A stretch of 64,000 bases of DNA, taken from positions 3,224,001-3,288,000 of the forward strand of contig OZ176057.1 in the NCBI GenBank assembly GCA_964247055.1, given 5' to 3'. Below are positions 12,535 to 25,031 of this stretch, piece after piece (the stretch's first letter is position 1; every line of letters starts with the position of its first letter). The DNA is from Paragordius varius. Lineage: Eukaryota > Animalia > Nematomorpha. Below the pieces are notes generated by a model. That model was not told the DNA's origin. It ran no database searches and worked only from the letters and a program-made list of their open reading frames with translations. A program made the position numbers and the translations under genes.

Positions 12535-14172
12535 CAGAGCTTCTTATACAATGAGTCGCGACCCAATTTGGGGTCGCGAGTGATAAAAATACAATTTAAC
12601 AAAAAATGTTTTTTAACTTGTAAAATTATTGTTATAAAAAAATAACATCGTAGATAAATATCATAAAATCATCCGGTGCATAAGGACTGTTTATATTAGC
12701 ATTTCTATCCGATCTTTATTATCTATATACTTATAAAAATGGAAAATGCTGCCTTTGTGATCTGTTTCCGGAAAACCGGTATACCCATTCAGATCCAAAT
12801 GTCAAAAAAATATTATTATTAATGAATGTCCCGACAATAGCTTCACCCTTTTTTTAAATTAGGCTCCCAGTTCGGGCCACCCCGTACAAAAAATAGGTTT
12901 TTTTAAAAACAGAAGTCCAAAAAAAATCGTGTCTTTGAGACAATTTTCCGGAAAACGTGTTGTACCTTTCGATTTCAAATATAATTATTTTTACTTTTTT
13001 TTGATTGCGCCGAACCTAATCGGCTTACTTTTTTTAATTTAGGCTCTCTTTTTACCCCCCCGCCCCCCCCCCGTAAAATGCCATTTTTAAAAAAAAACTA
13101 AATAATTTTTTGCCTATGGTATGAGACTGATAAAATTCACTGAGGATTCGAGTTTTTCTCTGTTAAAAGACAAAAATTTTAGTCTTGCGTGTTTTAATAT
13201 TGGCTGCTGAGTAAACAATAACCTCTTAAACTGTGCCATATAAAAATTGCGTTGTTTTGAAGCTAATTTACAGAAAATTTATGAAGCCATATGAGCTCAT
13301 AAAAAGCTCGAAATATTACCCGTAACTAGGTAAAAATTAAGGTCGTTTTCATTAGCCGTTAATTTGGGGCCTTTATGCCCTAAAACGCCATCATATGACG
13401 ATTATTTAGTGTTGAGGTATTTTTTCGAATAACCATGATATGACGGTAACAAAAATGATTCCAAATAATTGCCCTACAAAGGCAAAGAATTTAACTCAGC
13501 GCTTTTTCCATATAGGTCCATGAATAGGGGTCTACCAGCTTAAAACTGAGATGCCATACGAGTTCAGTTAAACACATTTCTAGGGAATTTGTATAATATC
13601 ATTCTTTCCTTTAAGAAGGGTCCACAAATGATTTAATTTTTATATACCTTAATCCCAGCTGTATGAACACAATTTCAAATTAGAACTTATAACCAATTTT
13701 CGTAAAACGAATTTAAAATAAATCCACTGATAGTTCAATATTAACTTTATTAAGGGACAGATTAAATATGGTCAATTTCGAGTAAACAATATTTCAGCCA
13801 ATGCATAAACCCGTAAAAGAATAATTAAAGACATTCTTTTTATTAAATATGTTTATTATTATTTTTTATCCATTAACTCTATTTATTGCAAATTATTAAA
13901 TATTTATCGGTGAGACTACTCCACACTGAAGCGTGACCGGGCCTGCTATTTTGTATAAATTTACTATGAATCGGAAAATGTTATAGAAATTTATAAAAGA
14001 TGTAGATATATTTTTGTCAATCTCTCAAAACCGAAATAATCCCGATAAATATTATCAACAAAATTTTTTAGTGTTATTTCGAAGAAACTATTATTTTTTT
14101 ATATTTGTTGGGGTCGTTAAGAAACTCGCAATCATAAATGGGGTCGGGACTACAAAAGTTTAAGAAGCCCTG
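12535..14172. mobile_element. hAT-type non-autonomous element with nested repeats
   Basis: TIRs CAGAGCTTCTTA / TAAGAAGCCCTG and subterminal GGGGTCGCGA motifs at both ends. No matching TSD. Confidence 0.6.
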
Positions 14173-15017
14173 TCATATACCATAACTGAAAAGGAAAATA
14201 ATATCCATATAAAATTTATATTAAATTTCAAGTAAAACCACACTGGGTAATTGTCTTGAATAGGGTTGTGCATTTGACTGCTTTTTCAAAAAAGTCCGGT
14301 CAGACCCAGTCAGACCATGGTCAGACCGTGGTCATGACCACTTTTCACCTAAATAAATACGGTGCGATATTGGATTGTGAATTGTTCGTGAATCTTTAAT
14401 TACATAGCTTTTAATACTCCATATTTCAAATAAAATTTTTCCTAATTTGTTTTACACTTTCTTTCATCAAATTATAAAATGTTTTTCATTTTTTGGTTCA
14501 CGTACATGGAAGAATTGCATATTTTCCAAAGGCTTGATTGTTTTGTTTTTCGAAATAATTGGATATGCTTAAATGCTAATGTTATAAGGATGCAAGTTTA
14601 ACGATTTAATATTGTTAAATAAGCATGTAAATTAATTTAATTTATATTTTTTAAAAAATATATTAAAACAATAAAATCTTACACTCTCTCTTCCAAAAAA
14701 AAATTTACCAGCAAATTTTCAGCTGTTTTTATTAAATGACAATGGTCAAAAAATAAATAGTCCCTGACCTAGTCTTGAAGTAAACGCAAAAATGTCGACA
14801 TTTCGGGATAAGAAATTTTATATGGTAGAATATGCATAAAAAATATTTTTGATATAATGCATACCTTGTTTAAATATTAATTTAATATTTTGATAGCCAG
14901 TATTCGTGATCTTTTTTATAACGGTATAAAAACTATAAAATATTATAAATACACTTTTTCCATATACACTAACAGCTCATATTCACTCTAGAAATAAATT
15001 TTCTGTTTTAGGGCTAG

Positions 15018-15320
15018 TATGCTATTTACAATTTAACACCCTTAAACAATTCAAATTCACCCTCGAACAGTTCTAATTCCTCAAATAAAATGCATGTTTT
15101 GTAAAATAAAAAATTACCTATATTTTTATATATTTTTAAAAATAAAAATTTTGTTTTAAATTAAAATACTATTCAAAAAATAATTAACTATGCCATTAAG
15201 ATATATTTCATATTAATAATGGGCTATATTAGTTCGAAAACACATAGTTTATTTTTAAATGAATTTGAATTGTTCAAGGGTTAATTTGAATTTAAGGGTT
15301 AATTTGAATTGTAAATGGTA
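15018..15320. mobile_element. TA-flanked MITE, family B, with subterminal 21-22 bp repeats; other copies at about 15560-15729, 37929-38200, 52312-52565, 60364-60620, 61507-61834, 62120-62365
   Basis: Terminal TACCATTTAC...GTAAATGGTA and arrays of AATTCACCCT(C/T)(G/A)AACAATTC in inverted orientation at the two ends. The clearest complete copy is 61507-61834. Confidence 0.7.
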
Positions 15321-17259
15321 TATAACTCATTTTAAAAAAATATACCGTTTACAATCTCTTTTTTCCTTTTTTATATTAAAGAGTAAGGACTTAAATTCTG
15401 GACTTGTGAAAGTAACACTCGCCTGCCCAGGGCTGACAGTGATGATGCAAAAATTGCGTAGTTTCGGGGTTCTAACTCGGGCACGCAGTGTAAGAGTCCG
15501 GAGCCCTACCTACTATATGAATTATTTCTTTATGGCGTTATTATTTTTTCAATATTATTGTTATACTAAACGAAATTTCATTCTTTGAAAATAAAGAAAT
15601 ATAGGTAATTTTTTTAATTTTGAAAACACATAATTTATTTTAGGGTGAATATTAATTGTTTGAGGGTGAGTTTGAATTGTTCGGGGGTAAATTTGATTGT
15701 TCAAGGGTAAATTTGTGCTTTAAATGGTATAATTTGTTATAAATATTTTTAATACCTCAGAATTTATATTCTTCAAATTTAAAGTTAATAAAAAATTACA
15801 AAAAATTATGTTTTGAGGTCAGACAAATTTTAATCCGAAATCTGCGGTCATATTTACGATCATGGTATCATATAAAAAACTGTTTTTATAGCATATTTAT
15901 GCTTTATATTATAAAACACGGTATGTAAATTTATCTGAAAAATAATTTTTTTAGAAAGATTTTTTATATTTTTTGATTATGTCATTTTTGTCAAAAACAA
16001 AGATCTGAATGGGTGGTTATATACAGGGCCTACTGCAAATAATGGGTCTACTTCGGCGCAATCAAGAAAAGAAAAATCCTATATTGAAGTGCTAATGACC
16101 CAATAGGTTTTCCAGAAATTGTATTAAATCCAATAGTTTTTCCAAAAAACCCTTTTACTTAGGTGAGGAAGAACTGAGGAGCAAATTCAAAAAAACGGCA
16201 TAGTCATCCCTCTGTGTAAAAAATAATAAAATCTATTAGATTTACACGTTTTCGTATAATGGCTTTAACCATTTTTAATTGAACCATGGGGATGAACTTA
16301 TAGATTTATTCAAAAAAATGGGTCACTCTCAATATTTATAAATGCAAAAAAATTTTCTTTTCAATTAAGCCTACTCGTTTGCCGCAAAAAACACGTTACA
16401 CCTGTATTTTTTAAAGAATACTTTAAATTTCGGAGGAGTGAGAACTAATAGGCTTATATAATAATGTCCCAGTTGACAAAGCACAAAAATGTTCAATTTT
16501 TGATTCAAATAGTCAGACACGGATTACTTAATATCCAATTAAAAAGCATTTTTATACGGGCGCGGTTCCCGCGCATTTATAATAATGAAAAAAATTTCAT
16601 TGAACCGCAATGGCTTGTACGTTTGTTGGTTTATAAAACGTTTTTAAAAGGATGGGCGAAATTAAAGGGCTCAGCGCATTTATAACGGATATAAAATTGC
16701 TATTTTGAATTCAATAGGTACACATTCCTCAAAATTGTCCATATTAATTGCGGATTAACAATGGGCTTATTTTAAATAATGGATCTATCAACCTCTTATA
16801 AATGAAAACTTTCAATTCATATTAAATTTAGGATGACCCTTCATGTTTTGCTCGAATGCATTTAATATGTCACAAATTTCTTTTTTGATACGGGCGTGGC
16901 TGAATAAAGAGGGTATAATGAAATGTTATCATCTTCAGCTATGAATAAAAATTTCCCCTTGAAAATTGAAACTACAAAGCCCAGAACAACATATTTTTAA
17001 AATGTATACATTTGACCCCGCTTTTGTTGCCCAAAGCAATTCGTATATTATTAAATTTGTTCCCAATTAACAATAAAATTTAGGGCATGGTGGAGTTTTT
17101 TTTATCCCACTAAATTTAGGGCTTGACCTTATTCGCAAAAAAGGAATCAACTATGGGGGCATTTCTCAAAAATAAACGACTACTGATAATTTAATAATCA
17201 TGGTATTTTCCAAAATAATTATATTTTTGACAGTTTTTACCCAAGCTGAGGCTCTAATG

Positions 17260-18413
17260 CAGGGTGTCGAACATAAATGGCTTGAAGAACCCCATTTTCA
17301 ACCTTAGAAATCCTAAGAGTTACATTTGAATTAATATATATCAAGACATAAGTATCAAATAAATTTATTAAATAAACACATATAGATGTATTAATTTATA
17401 TCTAAACAAAAATATCTAGCGAAAATATTATAATATAACTAAATTTGTTAAATTGTACTAAGATGTGAAAACAAAAATTTATGAATTGTCGGACAAATTA
17501 AACTAGATTATCTAAATATATCTCACATTTATGAAAGCACAAATATAGAATATATCAAAATGTTTGCAAGAAATTGATGATTTTTTTCACAGAAGACAAC
17601 TTAAACTTACCCCACTTAAATCCTGCTGAACTGTGTTTGGCATGCAATTTTTAAATTTATTAAAGAATATATTACAAATATATGTATGGGCTATCGGGGA
17701 ACCTTTTATAATCGTTTTTCATAAAATCCGATATCTTAATAAAGATTATATTAACAGTGCACTGCTTGTTTCACCCAGATTACAATGACCCATGTGGTTA
17801 GAAATGTAGTTATCTGAAAGCATTAGCAATTTAAATATCTATTGATGAATATTTTTATCAAATTGGAGATATTATTCTCAAATAAATTTTGAAAAAAATT
17901 TTATTCAATAAATAAAATATAATATTTTCTATTGCAGAGTAATTATAGAGAGGATTTGACAAATGAAGTAAGGTTGTCAAATTTTTTTCTTCAAATATCA
18001 CTGAGAAATTTAACCACTTGAAGAATCTGATAATATCATAATTGCTGACCATAATTATATCAGAGCCCTAATATATGCCATTAAAAAATCATTACTGCTG
18101 ATATGGCTCTTTCACTAATAAATAAAAAACATTTTATAGCTCCAATAATATAGATATTGCTAAATTTAAGATGGGCTGTAGTTTTCAGAAATATGGTCTT
18201 TCACTAAATGATTACCAAAAAAGTTTATCATTGGCAAGTATTTTATAATTTAATGAAAAATAAAATATTATAAAAAAAATTTATATAATTCAATTTAAAT
18301 TATTTGATTTTAAAAAATTAAAATTTTACAGAGATACTCAAAAATTGAACTTTTTACAAAAAAAATTTTTTTTAAAGAGTCAAAAGTGGCTCCGGAACCA
18401 GCTGTTGCCACTG
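17260..18413. mobile_element. hAT-derived element with a perfect 8-bp TSD
   Basis: CTCTAATG at 17252-17259 and 18414-18421 flanks CAGGGTG...GCCACTG. Confidence 0.75.
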
Positions 18414-18962
18414 CTCTAATGGGTTTAACAAAACATTAAAGTCTAAATAATAATTTTTGCCTCAAAAAATAATATTATTTGGATGTTTATGTAGTCTCAA
18501 TCTTTTTCCTTCAATATTACTGTTAATAAATATGGTAAAATGCCTCTCTATCTTTTGCAAAAAAAATTATCAACTCCAAATAGTAATTTTAATTTTTTAT
18601 CATTCTCAGAAATATATATATTTAAACAATGATTATTCTACTCCTAGTTGTTCCATTCTAACCAATTATACATAATATGAAAGATTATTAGGCTGTCCAA
18701 TTTGATACTTAGTGTCAAAAATCGATATTTTTACTTTTCCAATGGTGTACAAATACTTATTGCCATAAATAGTACAATTTTCCCTACCTATAGAAATTTT
18801 TAAGAGCTTTTGTCTTCATAGACTTATATATAAGTGTGTGTGTGTAGCAAGCAACAATCATTAAATCGATATTATTTTTAAATAAAAACTAGACCAATTT
18901 TTATCAAAAAAAGTGTTGTGTTGAATAAAATTTTCTTTTAATTATATTTGATTTGAAAAATT

Positions 18963-21900
18963 ATGAGTCTACATTCAAAAAATCCTCAACAACATCACCA
19001 TCATAACTTTCAGGTAAAATTAGATAATAAATTTTGCTTTTCTCTTTGTATAATGTAAATTAAAAAATATTTTTAATGGTTACATTAAATTTTATTTTTT
19101 ATCATAAAATGGGAATACGTTTTGAAAAAATTAAGTTTTAAAAATTACGATGACTTTTTGATTTGATACTTTAAACCATGTCTTAATTGGGCTTGTTGAA
19201 TGCCCAAAGTCGCTAACAAAGTGTTTAAATTGCGTACAAAATAAAAATCCTTGAATTATTAAATCGATACTATTTAAAATATGTAATTTGAAAAAAATAT
19301 ATTGGCTAGTGATTATTCCAACATGTAAAATGCTTAAATATGGTTCAAATCGAATCTTTAAGTGTAAAAGGTAAAAATTAGTACTGGTTGCCTTAAATTT
19401 TAATCCAGGCTCTTAATTTTTTATGACCAAAATAAATAGTCTGTGAATAAATAGAATTCGATTTGTTAGGTGTTTGCGGAAAACGATGATATTCCATATT
19501 GTCCAAGACCGGTTCGAAAGGACGATATGTCAGCCTCAACCATTTTTGGTGACTGTGAATTAAATAATCCTACCCTTGATAATTGTTTGTCTGATTTAAA
19601 ATGTGAACATAGTAGTGAGGTATGATTTATTTTTTAACGTGTATACTTTTCAAAAAATGGAATTAGTTTGTTAATAAAATAGTAGAGGATATAAAACCTT
19701 TAAATATAACAAGCTTTAAAAAACCGTTGGCAAACATAAAAATATTTAAAAAGGCTTCCAAACCACGGACTGTTTTATCGATATTTTAATCATTGTTTGA
19801 GGTTGTGTCATCTAATTTCATTTAAAAATATCAATAATATATTTATTATTTAAACGTAGGAAAAAATTACAAAATAATTAATGACTAAAAAGTATTATAT
19901 ATTTTTTTATCCATTATAATATATGGATTGGAATTTTTCGCTAATAAATAAATTTTGTTTTATCCAATATTTTTGGGAAACTGACTCTGATTTTTGCTTA
20001 TCTTTAACTTTTCCAATAGAGTGACAATGCTTAAAGTTAAAAATATAAGCTTTAAACACACAAAAAGGATAGTTAATCATAGGGCCATCTAAGTAATAGT
20101 ATCTTGTTCACCTATAATAATATGGTTAAACAAAAATTTATTTTTATTTCTAAATATGTAGGAATGTGATGCCAATAACAGCAATGGTAATGGTGATTCT
20201 CCTAAACCGGAAGACGAAGAAATTGGTTATTATGAATTATCATAACATAAAATATTTTTAGATATAAAAGTAATAATATAACAATGTTTAAGTGTTTTAC
20301 TTGAATAATTTCTAATATTATTCATTCCATTTAAATATTTCTTATGCTAAGCTTTAAATTATAAACCATTCCATTACTAGGGTTTTTGGATTAGCCATAT
20401 AATGTTAACTTAGGTTATTTGACGTACATAAAAGTCAGATATTTTTTATTATTTTAATGAAAAGCCTTTTCATAACTCTGTTGAATATCTTTGAGATAAT
20501 TTCCGTATTTTGTAACGAGACCATTAGTTTTCAGAATCAGTAAAAAAATTGGAAAGATATTCTAAAAGCAGTCAGCTAATATGAATTTTTGTTAATAAAA
20601 TACATACAAATATAATATTGCATTCCAATAAGCATCAACATAAAAGCGTAAGAAATAATCATGTTTTTTAAAATAAAATCATATAAAAATTCGTAAGAAT
20701 ATGGGTGTTTCGAACTTCACATAGTATATTATAACCAGTTCAATATAACACCTATTAAGTTTAATAAATAATAGCTTTTTATAATTTTGCAAATATTTTT
20801 TTTGATATATTTTTTTTCAAAAAACCTTATATTTTAATTGTTTTCTAATTAACAAGGCTAATAAGACAGATTTTATATAAAATTTTAAGGAGCCAACATG
20901 TAAATTCAGGCATATCCCCTTAACTCAAAAAAAATTATTCTAAAACAAGTTTTAATGTTGAAGATCTTAAGCTTTCTAATATTTATTACAAAATTTTAGT
21001 TATTTTAATTTTTAAAAAATTATAACGAAAAAATTTTATTGCTATCGGTGTTACTAATTTTTTTCCATAAATGTCACCCCCATTTTTTTGTTTATGAAGC
21101 TGGTAAGTATTTCTATCCTAATTTACGAAAATTATAAAAACTGAAAATAACCCTAAATTTGGCACACTATGATATTTATAACTGAATAATGTTTAAACAC
21201 TCTAACTTTATAAATTTTGGATTATATATAAAATATTTAGTTGTTTAAAATTAACTTAAAATTATTTTTTGGCATATCCAGTCTCAAACATAAATTTTGA
21301 AAACATTATTTTTTTTCCTTTAAAAATGGCATAATCCAACACATATGACTTTGAAAGCCGCATTTTTGGATCGGGGCTGGCATTTGCAAAATACATGGGC
21401 ATTAACAATAAAAACAACATTTATTTTAACATTCATTGCTGGTTCATTGCCAAAATTCGGGAAGATTTATCAGAAATTTGGTTTTAGTGAATAATTTTTT
21501 CTTAAATGTCGTAATTTGAATTTTTTCGTGGGCTGCAAAAATATTTTGGAGGGCGGCTTGTTGGATTCATACAAGTTAAAGTGCTGAAAAGGCTGTAATA
21601 TCTATGTGTCAAAGAATTAAGTAAATTTTGAGCCACTATTTTTTAGTATCAAGGGAATTTTTAAACCCCGCTATTTAAAAAAGCAGGAACTATATATGGT
21701 TAAGTAGGCTTATTTACATTAATCATTTTTTAAAATTAACGTTGGTTATACGAATCACATTGTTCTAAAACTCGCAAGAAGATTAAATTATAATTAAATG
21801 GTAACAAATTTTTTCTAAAAAAATATTTTTATTCAGAGGTTGATCCCGGAGAACTAATAACCGAAACTTATGCTGATCAAGATATTGTAATTAACGAGGG

Positions 21901-22340
21901 TCACCCATTAGATGAAATACCAAGCGTTATGACCTCATCAAAATATGTCACCAGAGGTAATCAGGAGTCCGAACAGAATTATCTTAAGAACCAAAGAGGT
22001 TAATATTTTATTTTTGACGTTAAATAGGTAAATATTTTACAATTTTGCTAATTTATTTTCTATCAACCCATATTTCGCAAATCCTTACGATATGTGTAAA
22101 TAAATTCTAAAATCAACTAGATTTACCATATAAAATAGCTTTTAGTTTACTTTACTGTATGTATTTTTACCAAAAAAAATTTCAAAATCTAAATATAACT
22201 CATGTAAAAAAATATATGGATTAAACAATATGGTTTAAAAAATATTATTATTTTTTAATTAAGATATATTTTTTATAATAATATAATTTGTATGTTTAGG
22301 CTCTTATAATCCAATTACAGGAGACAATTACAACGATTAA
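18963..22340 (+). CDS. Jupiter/HN1 (JPT)-like small protein, about 159 aa, 5 exons
   Basis: Exons 18963-19013, 19470-19619, 20162-20225, 21837-21998, 22300-22340, all GT-AG and phase-consistent. RPVRKDDMSASTIFG resembles the HN1 motif PVRKNKMASNIFG, and the C-terminal YNPITG resembles Jupiter NPxTG. The family assignment rests on these two short motifs. Confidence 0.6.
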
Positions 22341-23304
22341 TGGATAATTAAATGTAATATAATTGATTATGTCTCAATACTTGAAATCAATAAATGCTTT
22401 TGTCATCCTATATCCCAATAGAGTATATTTGGTATTAAGCGCGTTATATACAGTTTGGAATCTATTTTAAAAAATCTAATCATATATTTCGGATTTTGGT
22501 GGATTTGTACTATACATGATTTAGACAAATTTTTGAGACACTTTTTAAAACTGATGCAATAAATGTGAAGATATGAAAAAATTTAATAAATAGAGAGTGT
22601 GATTGATGTTTAAATCATTTGCAATAATATAACGTTACAATACACCGGTAGTAGCTTTGGGTAGACCTCATATAATATTAACATTTGCATATACAACGCA
22701 TTCTTTCATAGTCCGTTGAATTGGGGTCGTTGGATACCCCAAGTCTGTTTAAAATTAAATTATTCAACAAATATGGAATAAATTGAAACTATGGCAAATG
22801 TTTGCATTAATGTAACACCAATGAACCGAAATATAAAAAAAAATTATTTAAAAATACTTGATATAATTTATTTTAAGGTAGCAAAAGAAAAATCCAGCCA
22901 ACATATATGTTGCATAAGCCAAATATAAAAATAATGCAAAATATACCATTTTTTCGGTTTACATTAACGTTATATGTGATTTTAATAAAAATGTAAACTT
23001 GGCATATCTCGTTTAAAATTAAATAGCGCCGATAATAGTTAAGACATTTGATTGCCCATTATGTTCAATCCTAAACTGTTATAATAAAGTTTTAAAAAAA
23101 CAAAATATGTGTCGTTTAAGCAATACACATTTAAATCCGATAAATTGGATTTTTTTTTAATCCACTAAATAAAAAATGGCGTTTTTATAAAAATCAAGTC
23201 ACTCAATTATTTTTCATTATTGCAAATTTTTAGCAAACATATACGACCGCATTAGAATGATGGTACTAAGTAAACTCTGCAAATTCAGATATTCTGTTTT
23301 TTAC

Positions 23305-23446
23305 GTTAATATAATAATTTGTATTCTCGTAAAATTTATTAAATTCAAACTATATCCAAAATTTTTGATAAACTCTCATGCATCAAAAATTTTGGATATA
23401 GTTTGAATTTAATAAATTTTACGAGACTACAAATTATTATTTTAAC
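23305..23446. repeat. Near-perfect long palindrome (44-bp perfect arms, 12-nt loop, extending to about 65 bp)
   Basis: 23326-23369 is the exact reverse complement of 23382-23425. Confidence 0.95.
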
Positions 23447-25031
23447 ATAAAATATTCATTCTGTTTTTTACATTAACTTCTAATTCTGACAACTTTTAGC
23501 TGAAGAGACACGAGCGATATTGCGAAAAATCTGAAAAAGGCAAAGGGTACAAGAAGAGGTTCCAATTTTAGATATTGATTATTGGATGTATAAGTAAAAA
23601 GTGAGTCAATATATATTCAATTAATTTCCCCAAATGTATTAAAAACAACACTGTATATGAAATCTAAAATATTTATACAATTTATGCATCATATAAAGTT
23701 AATTTAAATATACTTAACAGGACATTATATTACCAAAATAAAAAGTAATTTTAAAAATAATATTCATAAACTTTTTATTCTCATAATTCAAATAATTTAA
23801 AAAAACATCTAACTCTCCCGCCATTCACTTAGTAACATGCATATTTAAATTATGATATAAATGAAAAAAAATTACTTTAAAATTTACATAATAGCAAATT
23901 TTATATTTGATCTAAAATTATTTGTTTGCTTTAATCTTAAAAGTTTTCATTTGATACAGGAGTGAAAATGTTTAATGTTGATTAAACCCAAATATAAAGC
24001 GCTTATTTTTTGAAAGCTAATTGTCCAACATATTTCACGGCTGTAATAGTATGTTTTTTAAAATTTATTTTGATCTCAATTTCGGTATATCTTCCAATTA
24101 GATTGAATATAATTCTTTATTCTCAGAGCACTTTTGCGTACCAAAAATGAGTGCTGGATATCTATGCTTCATGCCCTAAGTTAAACACTAAATGATGTTT
24201 CAAACACAATTTTTTTACAGTGGGTACAACAAAAATGTCATAAAGAATATATGGGGAAATTTGTGTTAGCAAAAATATTTTTAGATAACAATGAAATTTG
24301 GCATAATGGTTAGGGCATTACATGAGTATTGAGTTTAATCCCTAAACCTTACTAATCCCGTTTTATATTGACCTTAGGCAAGAGGTGTAGGTAAAACAAA
24401 CCAAACAGCTTGGGCTAAAAGTGGAATGAGCTCATTTGTTTGTTAATAATAAGAAATTGTGATCACAAATATTTAGTAAAACTAAACATACACTTAAACT
24501 TACTTTAAGGGTTGATTTATGTTACATGTGAAAAATCTTTGAAAATACTCATTTAGCCATTAATGATTCCACAATATTATAAAAAGAAAAATTGTAAAAC
24601 AATCCTTATCTTAACCCTTGACATTGTATTTCGATCCTTCGATTTGATTGTGGTAACTACCAACACGAATCCTTTCTATAATCAAATATTTCAAAAAAGA
24701 ATAACCATGGCAAAGATATCATTAATAAATCGAAATATAATAAGTTCCAAAACTTGATTTTACATATTTTATTGATAAACCTAATAATATAGACACCTGG
24801 CATGTTTCCATTAGCTGTATATAAATATAATGCAAACACTTTTTCTGTTTATAAAAATGCTAGATGTGATTTGCAGAATAAAAAAATACGTTTTGAAATA
24901 AAAGAGGTGTCGAAGTATTTGGAACTTTTTTGAAAACTAAATTTTATTTAGATAGTTTAAGTTATATAATTTTTATTAGGATAGAAGCATAGATGTTTCT
25001 TTCATTTTTTATATATGGTCTAGCTCTAGAG

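Noticed and set aside
15395-15505. Hammerhead/twister ribozyme, U snRNA or C/D snoRNA identity for the GC island
   Set aside because: The hammerhead core is not intact (CTGACAG rather than CTGANGA), the D-box-like CTGA precedes the C box, and there is no match to U1/U2/U4/U5 as I recall them. It is kept only as an unassigned structure.
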